DNA of 64,000 bases from NCBI GenBank assembly GCA_951406725.2, contig OX597824.1:50034001-50098000 (forward strand), in the 5' to 3' direction. This document shows positions 27,494-42,000 of this stretch, one piece after another. The translations under genes and the position numbers were made by a program. Below the pieces are notes generated by a model. The model was not told the DNA's origin and did no database searches. It saw only the letters and a list, made by a program, of their open reading frames with translations. Origin of the DNA: Octopus vulgaris (Eukaryota). How positions within the stretch are numbered: position 1 is the stretch's first letter; each line of letters starts with the position of its first letter.

Positions 27494-27678
27494 ATATGTA
27501 TATATGTATATATGTATGTATGTAAGTTTGATAAATACAAAGATACGTGCACACAAAAATACACACACAAACAGAACAAATTCAACTACAAAGATATACA
27601 TAAAATAAATATACAAACAAGAAAATATCTAAAGAAAAATATCTGAAATTACACACACACCCGCGCGCGCGCAGACAC

Positions 27679-27716
<38 letters not shown>

Positions 27717-28116
27717 GGCCCAGTATTGTTCAGTGTATTCAAAAAATATCAAAATATTAATAAATACATAAATTAAAATGTTTTAATGGCTTTAAGTAAA
27801 GTATTTTATTCTTAGGAATATTTTCGTTAAATATGCCTCATCCTCTCAAATATGTGGGTGTATATGTGTATGTATATACATATATGTGTGTGTATATGTG
27901 TATGTGTATGTATATATATATATATATATATATACACACGCAAATGTACATACACATATATTCACTCATAATACGGATACACATACAATACACACACATT
28001 TATATATTTGTATACATACATACATACATACATAGATATATATATAAATATATATATGTATATATATATATACATATATATATACATATATATATACATA
28101 TATATATATATAAATG

Positions 28117-28147
<31 letters not shown>

Positions 28148-28218
28148 TTATATATTTATGCATGTATACATCAGTATACACATGCATTTATATGTATATA
28201 TATGTATGTATATACATG

Positions 28219-28278
<60 letters not shown>

Positions 28279-28588
28279 ATGTTTAACAACTGCATTTATA
28301 TGCATATTTATTTTGAATATTCGTTAAATGTCTCTTTCTCTCTCTTTCTTTTTATTTTACTCTCCCTCTTCCTCTCTCTAAGTCTCACTCTTTCTCTTTA
28401 ATTATCTCCCTCCTCCCCTAACACTCATTCTTTCTTTCTTTCCTTATTTCTTTCTCACTTTTTTTTCACTCCTAGACATCCCTTTCTCTCATTTCCTTGT
28501 TCCACCATCTTTATCTAATTTTCATTCTATGAATCCTCCTCTCTATCTGCTTCTGTTTATTTCTACGTCTGTTGTACACACATTTTTC

Positions 28589-28620
<32 letters not shown>

Positions 28621-28669
28621 TTTATGTTTCACTATATCTCTTTGTCTCTCTCGCTTTCTCTCCCCCTCT

Positions 28670-28712
<43 letters not shown>

Positions 28713-29549
28713 TCCTTCTGCTTTTAGATATTTATCCCTTCTCACATTTTTTTTATCAATATTCAATTCTTCAACAATTTAGCAATAATAAAGACACATT
28801 TTAGTACTATCATATCATCATCATCATCATCATCATCATCGTCGTCGTCGTCGTCATCATCATCACCGCCACGATCGTCGACGTCGCCGTAATCATCATT
28901 ATCATCATCATCACCACCACGATCATCATCAACATCATCATCATCATCATTACTATTATTATTATTTATGTATCTACATTATTTATTTTTATTATTATTA
29001 TCATTATTATATATATATATATATATATTTTTTTTTTTTAATAACATTGATAGATTTATCCTTGTAAATTTAAAATGGAATATCCAGTGCTCCGCGAAAT
29101 ATTGAAGCCTTAATTCTAAAGCTGAAACGAAACAAATTACCAATGAAAGTGTTTCGATAGGATGTTAAAGCGAAAACAGAGAAACGCAACTTAAAAGTTT
29201 CCACCACGAATTTTTGTTGAAGTGATCCTTGTTCTTGTTGTTATTGCAGTTGTTATTCTTCTTGTCGTAATTCTTCCTTTTATTTCATATTCTTCATATT
29301 CTTCAATTTTCTGTTTAATTGTTTGTCTATTCGTTGTTGTTGCTATTGTTGCTGTTGTTGTTGTTGTTTTACTCTTCCTCGTTTTATTTTCTTTAAATTT
29401 AAATTTTATGTTTTGATTTTAAAACTTTTTTCCTATTTTTGTATTCGTTTTCTTCCTGTATGTGTGTCTGCGAACGTGTCTATGTAGATATGTATATATG
29501 GGAGCATACACACACTCACACACACGCACAAGCATATATATTTATACAT

Positions 29550-29589
<40 letters not shown>

Positions 29590-29655
29590 CACACACACAA
29601 ATATATAAGTATAAATAAATATATATACATATATGTACGAGTATATGTGCATGTG

Positions 29656-29705
<50 letters not shown>

Positions 29706-30168
29706 TACAGATACATACATAACTGTTTATACATACACACATACGCACACACACGCACTCACGTACACACATTTACGCATCACTTAAGTATTTCATGTTT
29801 CATGTTTTGTTTTGTTTTGGTTGAATTTTCTGCCTCTTTTTCTATTTTCATTTCTTTTCGCCATTTTTAAAGTTTTCATATCATTGTAGTGTGTGTTTTG
29901 GTTTTCTCTTTAGGTGTTCGCTTTTCCTTTTGTTGTTATTATCGTTGTTGAATATTTGTAATGGAAGTCGATTGGCGATATTGGGAGAAATACTTTCTTA
30001 ATAATCTTTTATCGGTCACTTGAAGGATTTAAGTTTTGAAATTTAAAAGTGGTGCAAGGTTGGTCCGACCAGAGGGTGGAGGCAGAGGGTTTGAGAGGGT
30101 AGTTGGGGCGGGTAAGGATCATTTGTATGCGTCTGTGCAAAATGGAAATATTCGTTGTGGTGATGATG

Positions 30169-30199
<31 letters not shown>

Positions 30200-31389
30200 T
30201 GATGGCAATAATGGTTGGTGGGGGTGCTGGTAGTGGTGTTGGTGGGGATGCCTCTGATGCTGATGGTGATGTTGACGATAACGATAGCGGTAACGGCGAC
30301 GATGATCGTGTTTACCGATAACGATGGAACTGATGACAGTGGTGAAGATGAAAACGATTGCTTAAATAGGCATGAAGCCTTAGGCAAGTGGCGCAATCCA
30401 AAAGATGATGATGGTAATAATAATAATGATGATGACGATGATAACGACGACGACGATGATGATGATAATGATGATGACGATGATGATGGTGACGACGATG
30501 ATGATGATGGTGGTGATGATGATGTTGGTGATGATGATGGTGATAATGATGATGATGATGATGATAATGATGATGATGATGGCGATGAGGAGAATGATAA
30601 CACGGTTGATGATTATGATGATGATGATCACGAATCTCTTTTGTATACTTTCGGATTGTTGAAATATAAAATTAACAAAAAATACGAAAGCAAACACGAA
30701 AATCTAACCCCACTCCTCGGCCACCCTCCAAAATAAGAAAATAGAACAAAAACTAGAAACAAAAACATGAAGGACAAGAAAAACGAATCAAACGAGAAAC
30801 AATAATTAAGTAACCAATATAAATAAATAAATAAATAACAAAGATTTAAACAAATCAACAATATTTTTTTTTACCCACTTTCCTGCACAACAAATTAGAT
30901 TGTAATAGCAATATCTGAAATGGAAAATGTCACTTGAGAAAGGAAGAAATTTTGTGGAGTTATGTGTGTTTTAAGAGAAATAGTTGTAACTGTGATCTTT
31001 AGCAAGTGGTAGAAACCTCAACTACTTCAAGTAGAGTAGGTTACTATTTTTTTCCTCTTTAAAACCAAACATCCATTATGGTATTTCACCGTGGGATAAT
31101 GGATTACATAGATATCTCTATATTTTGAGATATGTTGTTGCTGCGGTGTAAAATCTCGTCGCCGGTGGCCGAGTAATGTCAGCGAAGAATTAATAACCAA
31201 AATATTGATGGTTCGTTTCCCATCACTGGTGGTGATCAAGCCATTTCTTTTAACTGCTTTGTATTCAAGATTGGTGGAATATTTATGAATTTAGTTTTTG
31301 TCTCTCTCCCTTTTCTGACGAGTTTAATTTTTTATCGTTAAAGTCTACGGCAAAGAAATCATCTGCTCGACAAATACCCGTAGGCATAG

Positions 31390-31557
31390 GGCGGGAGGCA
31401 GAATCGGTAGCACGGCGGGCAAAATGCTTAACAGTTCAAATTCTACCGAGGCCGATTTTACCTTTCATCCTTTCGGGTTCGATAAAATAAGTACCAGTTG
31501 AGTACAGGGGTTGTTGTAATCGAACTTGCTGGCCTTGTGACAAAATTTGAAACCAAT
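31390..31557 (+). mobile_element. SINE (ggcggcgagctggcagaatcgttag family)
   Basis: Family head and the cctttcatcctttcgggttcgataaaataagtacc core. Confidence 0.8.
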
Positions 31558-31824
31558 ATTCAAAGATTCTGGATTACCTTAAACACTATTCATTAACCCA
31601 TTACTGAATTCTACGTCAAAAATTTCTTCTTCCAAACACAACCTTCTCATCCTTAAAATCTATCAACTACCTCTGCTTTCCAGGTGATACACTTTACTTC
31701 AACATCTGTCAAATGGATGTCGTTTCCACTCGGAGTTCTCTTTGCTTTCAATAACTCTCTCTTACCCGGAGGTAACTTCTATGTTAGCGTAATGTCTTTC
31801 CTTTCTCTTCAACGACTTTAATAC

Positions 31825-32246
31825 TTCTCTTATTTCTTTATTAGCCCACAAGGGGCTAAACATACAGGGGACGAACAAGGACAGACAAAGGGATTAAGTC
31901 GATTATATCGACCCCAGTGCGTAACTGGTACTTATTTAATCGACCCCGAAAGGATGAAAGGCAAAGTCGACCTCGGCGGAAATTGATCTCAGAACGTAAC
32001 GGCAGACGAAATGTCTATTTTTCTACTGCCCACAAGGGGCTAAGCACAGAGGAGACGAACAAGGACAAAGAGATTAAGTCGATTATATCGACCCCCAGTG
32101 CGGAACTGGTACTTATTTAATCGACCCTGAAAGGATGAAAGGTAAAGTCGACCTCGGCGGAATTTGAACTCAGAACGTAACGGCAGACGAAATACCGCTA
32201 AGCATTTCGCCCGGCGTGCTAACGCCTCTACCAGCTTGCCGCCTTC
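31825..32246 (-). mobile_element. SINE with a tandemly duplicated body
   Basis: Two units of about 175 bp (cccacaaggggctaa...cagaacgtaacggcagacgaaat) plus the head at about 32245. Confidence 0.85.
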
Positions 32247-32878
32247 TTTAATAATTCTCTTGTCATACAAACAATCGTTGTCTCTTGTTTTATTACTTCC
32301 AAATCGTTTCTCTTTCCGTGACATTTGTTGAACACAACTTCTACCTCCTCCACTCACTACTCACACAATCGACATAGATATCATAAAGAAAAAATGCTTG
32401 ATGCCCTGACCTTTCTTAACTGTAGCTGCAGTACCGAGCCATTTCCTTGATTAATAGAACCATTTTACAAACATCTTTGATTTTTTACTTACACTCGTTA
32501 ATATAGTCTCACCGTGAGATCTATGCAATCCACACAATTTCAATCTACAATAATCTTTTCTAGAATACTCATATTTTAAGGCAGCTAACCAGTCAGGACT
32601 CCGAAAGTTCTAGATGGATACCCTTAGCAAAAAAACTGTCATTTAGTTATAAACCATCTAAGACATCCTTATAAATATATCTTTCTCCATTCTTCAATCA
32701 ATCAACCCACACAAACCAAAAACAATCCGATATTTCATATACAACAGTAATTCAGCTCTAGTGGCGAAGAACTGAGATGATCACCATGAAAGTAAATAGC
32801 AGCATCATTTTCAGAATACCTGCAAAATCGATATACCTTAAACCATACGAACACAAAATAATTAATTGCACGCATTAA

Positions 32879-33477
32879 GGCGGCGAGCTGGGAGAAACGT
32901 TAGCACGCCGGACGGAATGCTTAGCAGTATTTCGCCTGCCATTACGTTCTGAGTTCAAATTCCGCTGAGGTCGACTTTGCCTATCATTCTTTCGAGGTGG
33001 ATAAATTAAGTACCAGTTACGCACTGGGGTTGATGTAATCAACTTAAACCGTTTGTCTGTCCTTGTTTGTCCCCTGTATGTGTAGCCCTTTGTGGGTAGT
33101 AAAGAAATAGGTATTTCGTCCGTCTTTACGTTCTGAGTTCAAATACCACCGAGGTCGACTTTGCTTTTCATCCTTTTGGGGTCGATAAATAAGTACCAGT
33201 TACGCACCGGGGTTGCTGTAATCAACTTAAACCGTTTGTCTGTCCTTGTTTGTCCCCTGTATGTGTAGCCCTTTGTGGGCAATAAAGAAATAAGAATCGT
33301 TAGCACGCTTGACATTTCGTCCGTCTTCACGTTCTAAGTTCAAATTCCGCAAAGGTCGGTTTTGCCTTTAATAATTTCGGGGTGGATGAAATAAGTACCT
33401 ATTGAGTGCTGGAGTCAATGTAACCGACGTAAACTCTCTCATAAAATTGCTGGCCTTGTGCCAAAGTTTGAAACAAA
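32879..33477 (+). mobile_element. SINE multimer (head plus three body units)
   Basis: Head ggcggcgagctgg, followed by repeated atttcg..cgttctgagttcaaat...aagtacc units. Confidence 0.85.
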
Positions 33478-34361
33478 TTTGTTGAGCACATTCCATCTTA
33501 TCACCCCAAACAGCAACACTTATTTTCATTACCTTCAGTAACTTTACCTTATCGCTATAGTTTTCTTATTGAGATCCTCTTAATAACTCCCCACCATTTC
33601 CTAGATCTTGGATCTGAGGTTTCTTTTCAAAATGCATATTCACAGCATACGTCGGTGACGTGCTCTCATTGTATCAACTTGGATGTGCATCTATCTTTTA
33701 CACTATTTATTTTGTACATTAATCAGCTCAGTGTTGCTTTTACCCAAACATAGCTATAAGCACTTCTAAATGACTGCTCTTCTATCTGTAAACTTCAAGA
33801 CAGCCATACGCAACCTAAACACATCCATAGGTAGACTAGATATACAATATTAGATTTGTACTACTTCCACAAACAGAACCTTAGAATAACCTAGTGACCA
33901 CAAAAGCAACATGACACAATCATAAAATAAACATTACCAACAGTACTTGTGAAGAGGACACAACTAAATCTTACAACCGTTACAAACTGATGGTGATTGA
34001 TATAACGATCACTGTTCTCGTCGCAACCCCTACTGTTTTTTTAACTAAAAGAAGCATGACGGAAGATGTTACAATCATGGCCAATAAAAGTCCATCCAGG
34101 TGTACATTATCCTGATTTAGAGGTAGATTTAGCTGCTTTTCTATCAGATGCTCTCAGAGAAGATGAAAGTTAATATAAAAATAAGAAAGGTGTATGTGTG
34201 TGTGGGTGGGTGGGTAGGAAACAAAAAGAAGCTTAGAAGAGAACAAAGGAAAGGTAGAATTAGAAAAGAAAACAAGAAGATGTAGAAGAAAACCACATAA
34301 AAAATAGGCAAAAAGAAGGGAAAGAAAACATCTTGAAGTTTGCGGACGAAGAAGAAACAAG

Positions 34362-34553
34362 GCCAGCAATTTTTAGAGAGGGGTTAAGTCGATTACATCC
34401 ATCTCAGTGAGTAACTGGTATTTATTTTATCGATTTCGAAAGGATGAAAGGCAAAGTCGACCTCGGCAGAATTTGATCACAGAACGTGAAGTCATACGAA
34501 ATTACGCAAAGCATTTTGTCCGGTGTGCTAACGAATCTTCCAGCTCACCGCCT
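34362..34553 (-). mobile_element. SINE (same family)
   Basis: aggatgaaaggcaaagtcgacctcggc core and head ccagctcaccgcc. Confidence 0.8.
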
Positions 34554-34554
34554 C

Positions 34555-34639
<85 letters not shown>

Positions 34640-34640
34640 A

Positions 34641-34716
<76 letters not shown>

Positions 34717-34728
34717 TAATAATAATAA

Positions 34729-35286
34729 ATGCCCTGATGCAGTACCAGGCAGTGGCTCTCATGGCTTCTGATCTTAACTGATTGGAAGTGTCATCATGTA
34801 CATTGTTTTGTCTTGGTATAAAAGATGGGCTACAGCAAATATTCTGCTCAATACCAGAGATTTGCTTGTCAGTTGTTTGACCTTAACCAGTTGAGCATGT
34901 CCCTTAGTGGCTGACAATACGTGCATCTCTGATCACGAGCAGAAGTAGTGGGGGAGCATCATAGCCATGTGTTGAGAGGGATTCTTTGGAGTTTGAATAA
35001 TTCACCTCTGGAAACATAGGTGTTTCGTTCAACATCCTAAAGCAACCCTTATTCAGGGACCTTTTGAGCAGGATGGGCTACTCGACCCGAAGAAAATTCT
35101 AACTGGGCCCCACCTGCAAGGTCATGTGCTGTTTATCTTGATATGAGATCACCATGTCGCGCACATATGGTTGTGATGCATGCGCCTGGTGTACCTTTAT
35201 CAGACGGGTAGTCATGATGGGTATGCTGGGCTTCGTATATTTTACCCCAGTGTCACTTTGATGGCATGAACTGCTCTCTCACTCAA
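34729..35286 (+). mobile_element. Non-coding interspersed element of about 555 bp flanked on both sides by (TAA)n
   Basis: Sharp borders with the TAA arrays. A partial second copy lies at about 55750-55865. No ORF. Strand is inferred from the TAA tail. Confidence 0.7.
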
Positions 35287-35309
35287 TAATAATAATAGTA
35301 ATAATAATA

Positions 35310-35394
<85 letters not shown>

Positions 35395-35600
35395 GAAGTA
35401 TAATGTGCAGTAAGTTAGCATCGGCACCAGCAGCATTGACAGTATTAGCAGCTTCAACAAACGGCAACAGCGACGAGATTCGCTGCATCTGGAAAGATAC
35501 AAATTAATGACGCCTCCAAGTTACGGTGTCAAAAAAGAAATATATAAAAGCAACATTTTGCTAGTTAGGAATCGATGAATGAATGAAAATAGAGGAAATA

Positions 35601-35700
<100 letters not shown>

Positions 35701-35810
35701 ATGACAGACGCAAGTCAAATGGGCTCCAAATAAGTTGGTAGTTTTCTACGTATAAAATTGTTGATTGTCAAACATTTTATGTCTAAAAGGTGTACAACAA
35801 CACCCAACCC

Positions 35811-36174
35811 GGATCTTTTCATTTGTGAAGCCAGTTTTTTCAAATTTTTCCTACTGAACCAAACAATTTGAAACTTCGTATACTGGTAGAATGTGTCAAA
35901 AGTAAACTTAATTGTAAACCAGAATGAAAACGGAATTGTAACTTCTAAGTTTAACATTGTTTAATAATTAGAATTTTAACCAATGGTATTCCGTCTTTCG
36001 GCTTCATATTATTTACTCCGTCTCGACCACCAATTTGGTGACGTAGTAAACATATGGTATGTAAACAAATGTAAACAAAACAATAACGATGAAATTTTTT
36101 ACTCGGTGTATGTGTATATGTATGAATGTATGTATGTATGAATGTATGTATGTATGTGTGTATGTGTATATGTA

Positions 36175-36206
<32 letters not shown>

Positions 36207-36792
36207 TGTATGTATGTGTGTGTATGTATGTATGTATGTATGGCCGATTCGGTGTTTAGTTTTTTCGAGTGAATACTCGGTGTATGTGTATCTGTATGTA
36301 TGTGTGTATGTGTGTATGTATCTATGTATGTATGTGTGTGTATGTATGTGTGTGTGTGTGTATGTATCTATGTATGTATGTGTGTGTGTGTATCTATGTG
36401 TGTGTGTGTGTGTGTCACACATGTATGTATGGCCGATTCAGTGTTTAGTTTTTTCGAGTGAATACTCGGTGTATGTGTATCTGTATGTATGTGTGTGTGT
36501 GTGTATGTATCTATATATGTTAGCCTCAAATGTGCACAGTTGCCTATGTCACAAAACTGCTTTCTACGTCACACTAACAGAATGCAGTAACGTATTAAAT
36601 ATGAAAACAAGCAATCTCATTGGTTAAAATTCGCAGTTTTAATCTACGATTAAAGTCATAAAATAGATTTTTCTCAAATAAACTAGTTCCAACCTGTGTC
36701 TTGTTTTGAAACACTGTACCAGCATACGAAGTTTCAAATTATTTAGTTAAGTAGAAAGATCTGGGCTCCTGACCACACAATTGAAAAGATCC
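35811..36792. mobile_element. Non-autonomous DNA transposon with about 90-bp imperfect TIRs (GGATCTTTTCA...) and an 8-bp TSD, nested in the LINE 5' UTR
   Basis: TSD cccaaccc at 35803-35810 and 36793-36800. TIR arms at about 35811-35901 and 36704-36792. Confidence 0.88.
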
Positions 36793-36904
36793 CCCAACCC
36801 ATACTTTAATTAACATCCACACAAAATTTCGCCCTTTGTGGGCAAAATTTAAAAAAATTCTCGAAGGCTTCGTTGTTTTATTTTAGCCATTTTTATTTTC
36901 AAAA

Positions 36905-39068
36905 ATGGCTACTGGTCACCACGTGGCCAATGCGCAAGTCAAGCGTGACGCCGAAACAAAAGAGCAAGATTCTCTGTCACTATACGTTGAATCTGACAGT
37001 TTGAACGCTACTAACACCACCACCATCACCATCAGCATCAACAACAGCAACAACTACAAAACAAAGGTCGTAAGGCCAAGCACCGTCACCGCCATCAATA
37101 ATTTCACCATCAACACCGATACCACCACCATGGCGGCTTCTGCTACTACAACTGCTTCCTCTGCTAACGATACCACTACCAACAACAACAACAAAATCAA
37201 GGTCACCAAACCAATCACCATCACCGCCACCAAAGATCGTGCCGTCAATACGAATGCCACCGCTTCAATATCTGCTGCTACGGCTACCTCCCTTGCCACT
37301 AACACCACCGCCTCCACCAAGAACGACAATAACAACAATAACAACAAGAACAACAATTCTCTTCAGCCCTTGCTCCCTCCACCACAAACAACTGAAGGAG
37401 AGAAAGAAAAAGCCGCGACCACCAAACGAATTGCCGAAATTTGCTCAAACGCAGGGGCAAATTATGCAAACAATTTTCCACCCCTTGCTAGTTGCATAAT
37501 CAGCAACCATACGCCTAACATACCCACAACATTCACCCCTGCCATCAGCACCAACACCACCAGCAGCAACAACAATAACAAAACAACAACAAACTTCGCC
37601 GAGGCGATAAAAGAAAAAAAGACAATAGTATCGTTTACTGCACAGCAGACAAAAGATACAAAAGCCCTAATCACCAAAGAAAATGGCAAAGTGCAATTAC
37701 ACATACCACAACATCTACTGGATAACGTAAAAAAGAAAACAATTATATATAAAATAATAAACAGCTCAACTAAAAGTCCAGAAAAAGCAAACACAGACAA
37801 AATCGAAAATTGCCTACGCCCCATCTAGGGATACAAAGAGTATGTAACTTGGTCGAACAAGTTTGCCCACGTACAAGTAGTTTTTCAAAATGAAGAGTTA
37901 GCAAAACAATTCTCAACGCTAACTCTTCATTCAGATGAGCTAATAATGATACTCAGCTACCTTGGCCCGAGGGTAACAAAAGTCATTATCAATAATGTTC
38001 CTCAAATAGCAGACACACTATGGATAACATCGCCCATATACGTCGGAATGGAGGACATAAATATCCTGCAAATCGCTGTTTCTGAACATAAGAACTGGGT
38101 GGGAAAGAGACTGGAGATTCTCCTCCACATAAACCAAGACGCCATTAACAAAATACCCACCCATATACATCTTGCGGAAGACCACAAATTGTATGTAGTA
38201 GTCGAGGGCAGAAGACCACGCTGCTATATATGCGGCAGTGAAGCACACCTCAATAAGGATTGCAAATCTGCCGCGAAACAACGGCAACAACAACAACAGC
38301 CGCAGGAAAAAACAAAAAAAGCCAGCATTATTACCTACACCACAGTATGGACGGCTGATCAAGCAGCTATACGCGGAAATGCAAGAAAAGCAACAAAGAA
38401 CCAACCAACCCAACCAAACACCACCACCTGCGCCAAGAACAGAATCACCACCACCAATAACAACTAAACCAATTCTAACACCAAGAACAACTACGAAGAA
38501 GACAAGCACCGAGGATGTAGAAGAGACAATTACCACTCCCAATCCCCCAGCAACACACACCCCACACACCACAACAATATCTACAATCGCACAACGATGA
38601 AAGCGCAACAGAATGGCAAATAGCAACTCGGAGTAAAAGAAATAGATAAAAAAGAGACAAACAAACAAATGCAACCAAAGCAGGGAGATATCTGAACCCT
38701 GAAACCAAACCAGCACCAACACCACAAAAACACACACAATGCTATCAGCGATAAACCCCAAAGACTCAAAACTAATGGAGTATATCACAGCCCACACAAA
38801 CATCTGTGAAGATGACTTCAAAACTAACAACCATCCACGCACTACATTACCCAAACACATCAAAATACTATACATCACACAAACACAACACCACACACTC
38901 AAAGCCCTCTTTGCAAATGCGGTTGGGGGTTCCAAAAGTATCTATCGAAAAAACTCTATAAAAACCTCCTCCAAGACACATCAAAGGACGAGGAAACCAA
39001 AACTTTCGACACAAGTAAGTAGCTCTCTGTACCTTCCTTTTTGTGTTTTAAAGCACACACCACAATAG
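36905..39068 (+). pseudogene. Tx1 ORF1 (gag-like, CCHC knuckle), disrupted
   Basis: T/N-rich N-terminus, an in-frame stop at 37826-37828, VVVEGRRPRCYICGSEAHLNKDC, then frameshifts. The 3' end is approximate. Confidence 0.8.
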
Positions 39069-39072
39069 GATC

Positions 39073-42000
39073 ATGGTCAAGATTGGTTGTGTGAATGCGC
39101 ATGGCTTGGGGTTCTCCCTGGAAACAAGGGTACCTCCTAAATGACATCAAGTCACACGATTTGGGAATCATAGCCATAAGTGAGACCAGACTCCACGAGC
39201 CACGGGACCTAAAGTCCATGTTTGGCGGACAGTTTAACATTTATTTTTCTCCGTCTGCCGAGGATGGGCGGTAGTGGCACCGCGGTACATTTTCACAAGA
39301 GCCTCGATCTCGAAGTCAAGACGATATTCGTAGACCCGGAGGGTAGACTGGTCGTCCTGGATGTCGACGGTATCAATGGGTGCGCTTTTCGACTCGTATC
39401 AGTCTACGCACCGCCTTTAACAGGTCGGCCAGATTTCTTTCGACGTCTAAAAGTATTCCTGGGAACGTCTCGTCCTTTACTTTTAGTGGGAGGTTGGAAT
39501 GCTACCTTGGACACGCATCTAGACTATGTGGGGAGAGACAAAAACAGAAGGGGATGCAAATGCCTCAGGGACCTGCTCAGACGATTCAAACTGTCTGACA
39601 GGTACCGTCGACCACCCAAATGCACCAAAGTGGACATGGAGCAACCGCAGTGGGACGTCGAGATCGTATCTAGATAGGATACTGTGTAGGACAGTAGACA
39701 GAGATAATTTAGGATGTCCACAATTCCACACTGTCAGGTAGACGGATCACAAATTCGTGACGTGTACGCTAGACTTAGATAAGGAACATAGACGGGGTCC
39801 CGGTTACTGGAAACTAAACGCATCTTTCCCGTCCAGACATATTTTCAGAGACAGAATCAGCACGTTAGTAAAGAGGGCTTTAACGGGAGCCATCGTCAAC
39901 AAATGGTGGTTCGCCCTCAAGACAGCAGTAAAAGCGGAAGCAATTAGATATAGCAAGGCACTAGCCGTAGATAGAAATAGATATAGCAAGGCACTAGCCG
40001 TAGATAGAGGGTGAGTTAGTTAAGAAGTTAGAAGAGGCAATAAGAAGCGGCATCACGCCGACGTTTTGGCGGCGAGGTTGGCGCTCGACCAACACTTCAA
40101 CGCCAAATACGAAGGGTGTTCTGTCAAGGCTAGGATGCGTGCTCTAAGGATGAAAGATGTTGGAGCCGTGACAGAGGTCCGGGTGCCGGAGGCGCATCAG
40201 GTCAACAAAGCCACCATTCGGTCTCTGGTAGACGAACAAGGGCGCGAATTGCTCGAGCCCAGCAGGTGTGCGAGGCATTTCAGCGGCACTTTGCCCGACT
40301 GTACGGGACGAGTGGCGAGCGTGAACGCAGGGTGGACTTCAGTGCCTACCTGCACAGCCTGCCACGACTCTCGGCAGGAGGGCAAAGTGCTGTGAAGGTG
40401 CCATCACGGCGGCGGATGTGCGGGACGCAATGTCAGAATGCTCGAGAGACAAATCGCCGGGTTTGGATGGTCTTCCTTACGAGTTTTACAATTGTATGCC
40501 AGACTTGTTTGGAGACGTCTTGCCAGCGGTATGCTGCAACTGACAGCAAAACGGAAGCATGCCCTGTTTTGTGAGTCGAGGAGCCGTAACGCTACTGAAG
40601 AAAGATCCAAACAAGGGGGACATTATAAATAACTTTAGGCCCATCACTCTACTCAATGCAGACCTGAAAATTTTGACCAAGGTGTTAGCCAAGAGGTTGG
40701 CACTTGTCATCGAGAAACTGGTCGACAGGGCGCAAACGTGCGCCGTGCCGGGCTGGAGCATCCATGACAACCTCCATCTGATGCTCTACATCATAGACAT
40801 AGTAGTTAAGGAACATGGCATGGGTGGGGCCCTGATCAACTTGGATCAATCGAAAGCTTTCGATAGGGTAGACCATCGATACTTGGAGGCAGTCCTGAGA
40901 GCGGCTGGTTTCGGTCCCGTCTTCCGCGGCTGAATAACTGCTTTGTACAGAGGTATCCGTTCGGTAATTCGCGTAAATGGACATCTATCGAGACCTTTCG
41001 ACATTGCACGTTCGGTCCGTCAGGGATGCCCCCTCTCGTCGCTTCTATACATATTGACTCTCGAGCCACTACTGCGGAAACTGGCGACTCTGAGGGGCAT
41101 CCCGCGAGAACTGGGATGCAGGATGAGCGCGTCTGCATACGCGGACGACGTCACCGTCATAGTGTCAAGCCACGAGCAAATCGAGCTGGTCGGCGAGACA
41201 CTGAAAGACTACGAAGCGGTGACTGGAGCGAAAATCAACCGGGAAAAGTGAGTGGGCTTGCGGCTCGGCACCTGGAGAAGCAAGCCCATGCCGTCCACCA
41301 GCGCCTCCGTCGTGGGACGCTGGACCGACGGCCCGGTCGAGTTGCTCGGGGTCTGGTTCAGTCCGGACCTCCAAATGGAGAACTGGAACGAGATAACGAG
41401 TAGGGTGATCACTCTCGCCCGGCAATGGGCCGAAAGGAAACTGTCCCTAAAAGGTCGGGCGGAGGTGACGAACACGTACATCGCGTCCATCATCTACTAC
41501 CGCCTGACCGTCGTACCTTGCCCCGACCCTACCATCACCAAACTAGAACGCATTCTCTTCCGCTTCTTGTGGAAAGGATGCGTCACGATGGTCAGGCGAA
41601 CCATTTGCTGTCAACACCAGTTAAAAGGAGGGATGGGCATGCCGTGGTTGACGATGCGCAGACACGCGCTGAGACTGCGACATCTCCAGCACTATGTAGA
41701 CGACGGTGATCAGGTGTGGTCGCCGTTTGTGAGGCACGCGTTCCAGCAGCTCGTCTCCATGACCGAACTGCAGTCGTGGATCAAAAAAAGGCCGAGGAAG
41801 GGTGAATGGCACCGCGAGTGTCGCGTTGCTCTCAATCAACTATGCAGTTCCGGATCGACGTTGAGTGACTTCAGCACAACCAAAGCATTCTATAGGGAAT
41901 TAGTGGAGGGGAGGTACGACAACGATCTCGGGGCGAACCTGGGCGTCGACGAGGAATACCTGACTCGCCTGTTTGAGATGACTTTCGGGCCGGGACCTAT

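Noticed and set aside
30043-30736. Asp-rich 173-aa ORF resembling acidic biomineral proteins
   Set aside because: It is a (GAT)n tract with a non-ATG start and is open on both strands, with no independent coding evidence.
36098-36500. Repeat-spacer pattern superficially like a CRISPR array
   Set aside because: The spacers are microsatellites, the context is a eukaryotic MITE interior, and no cas genes are present.
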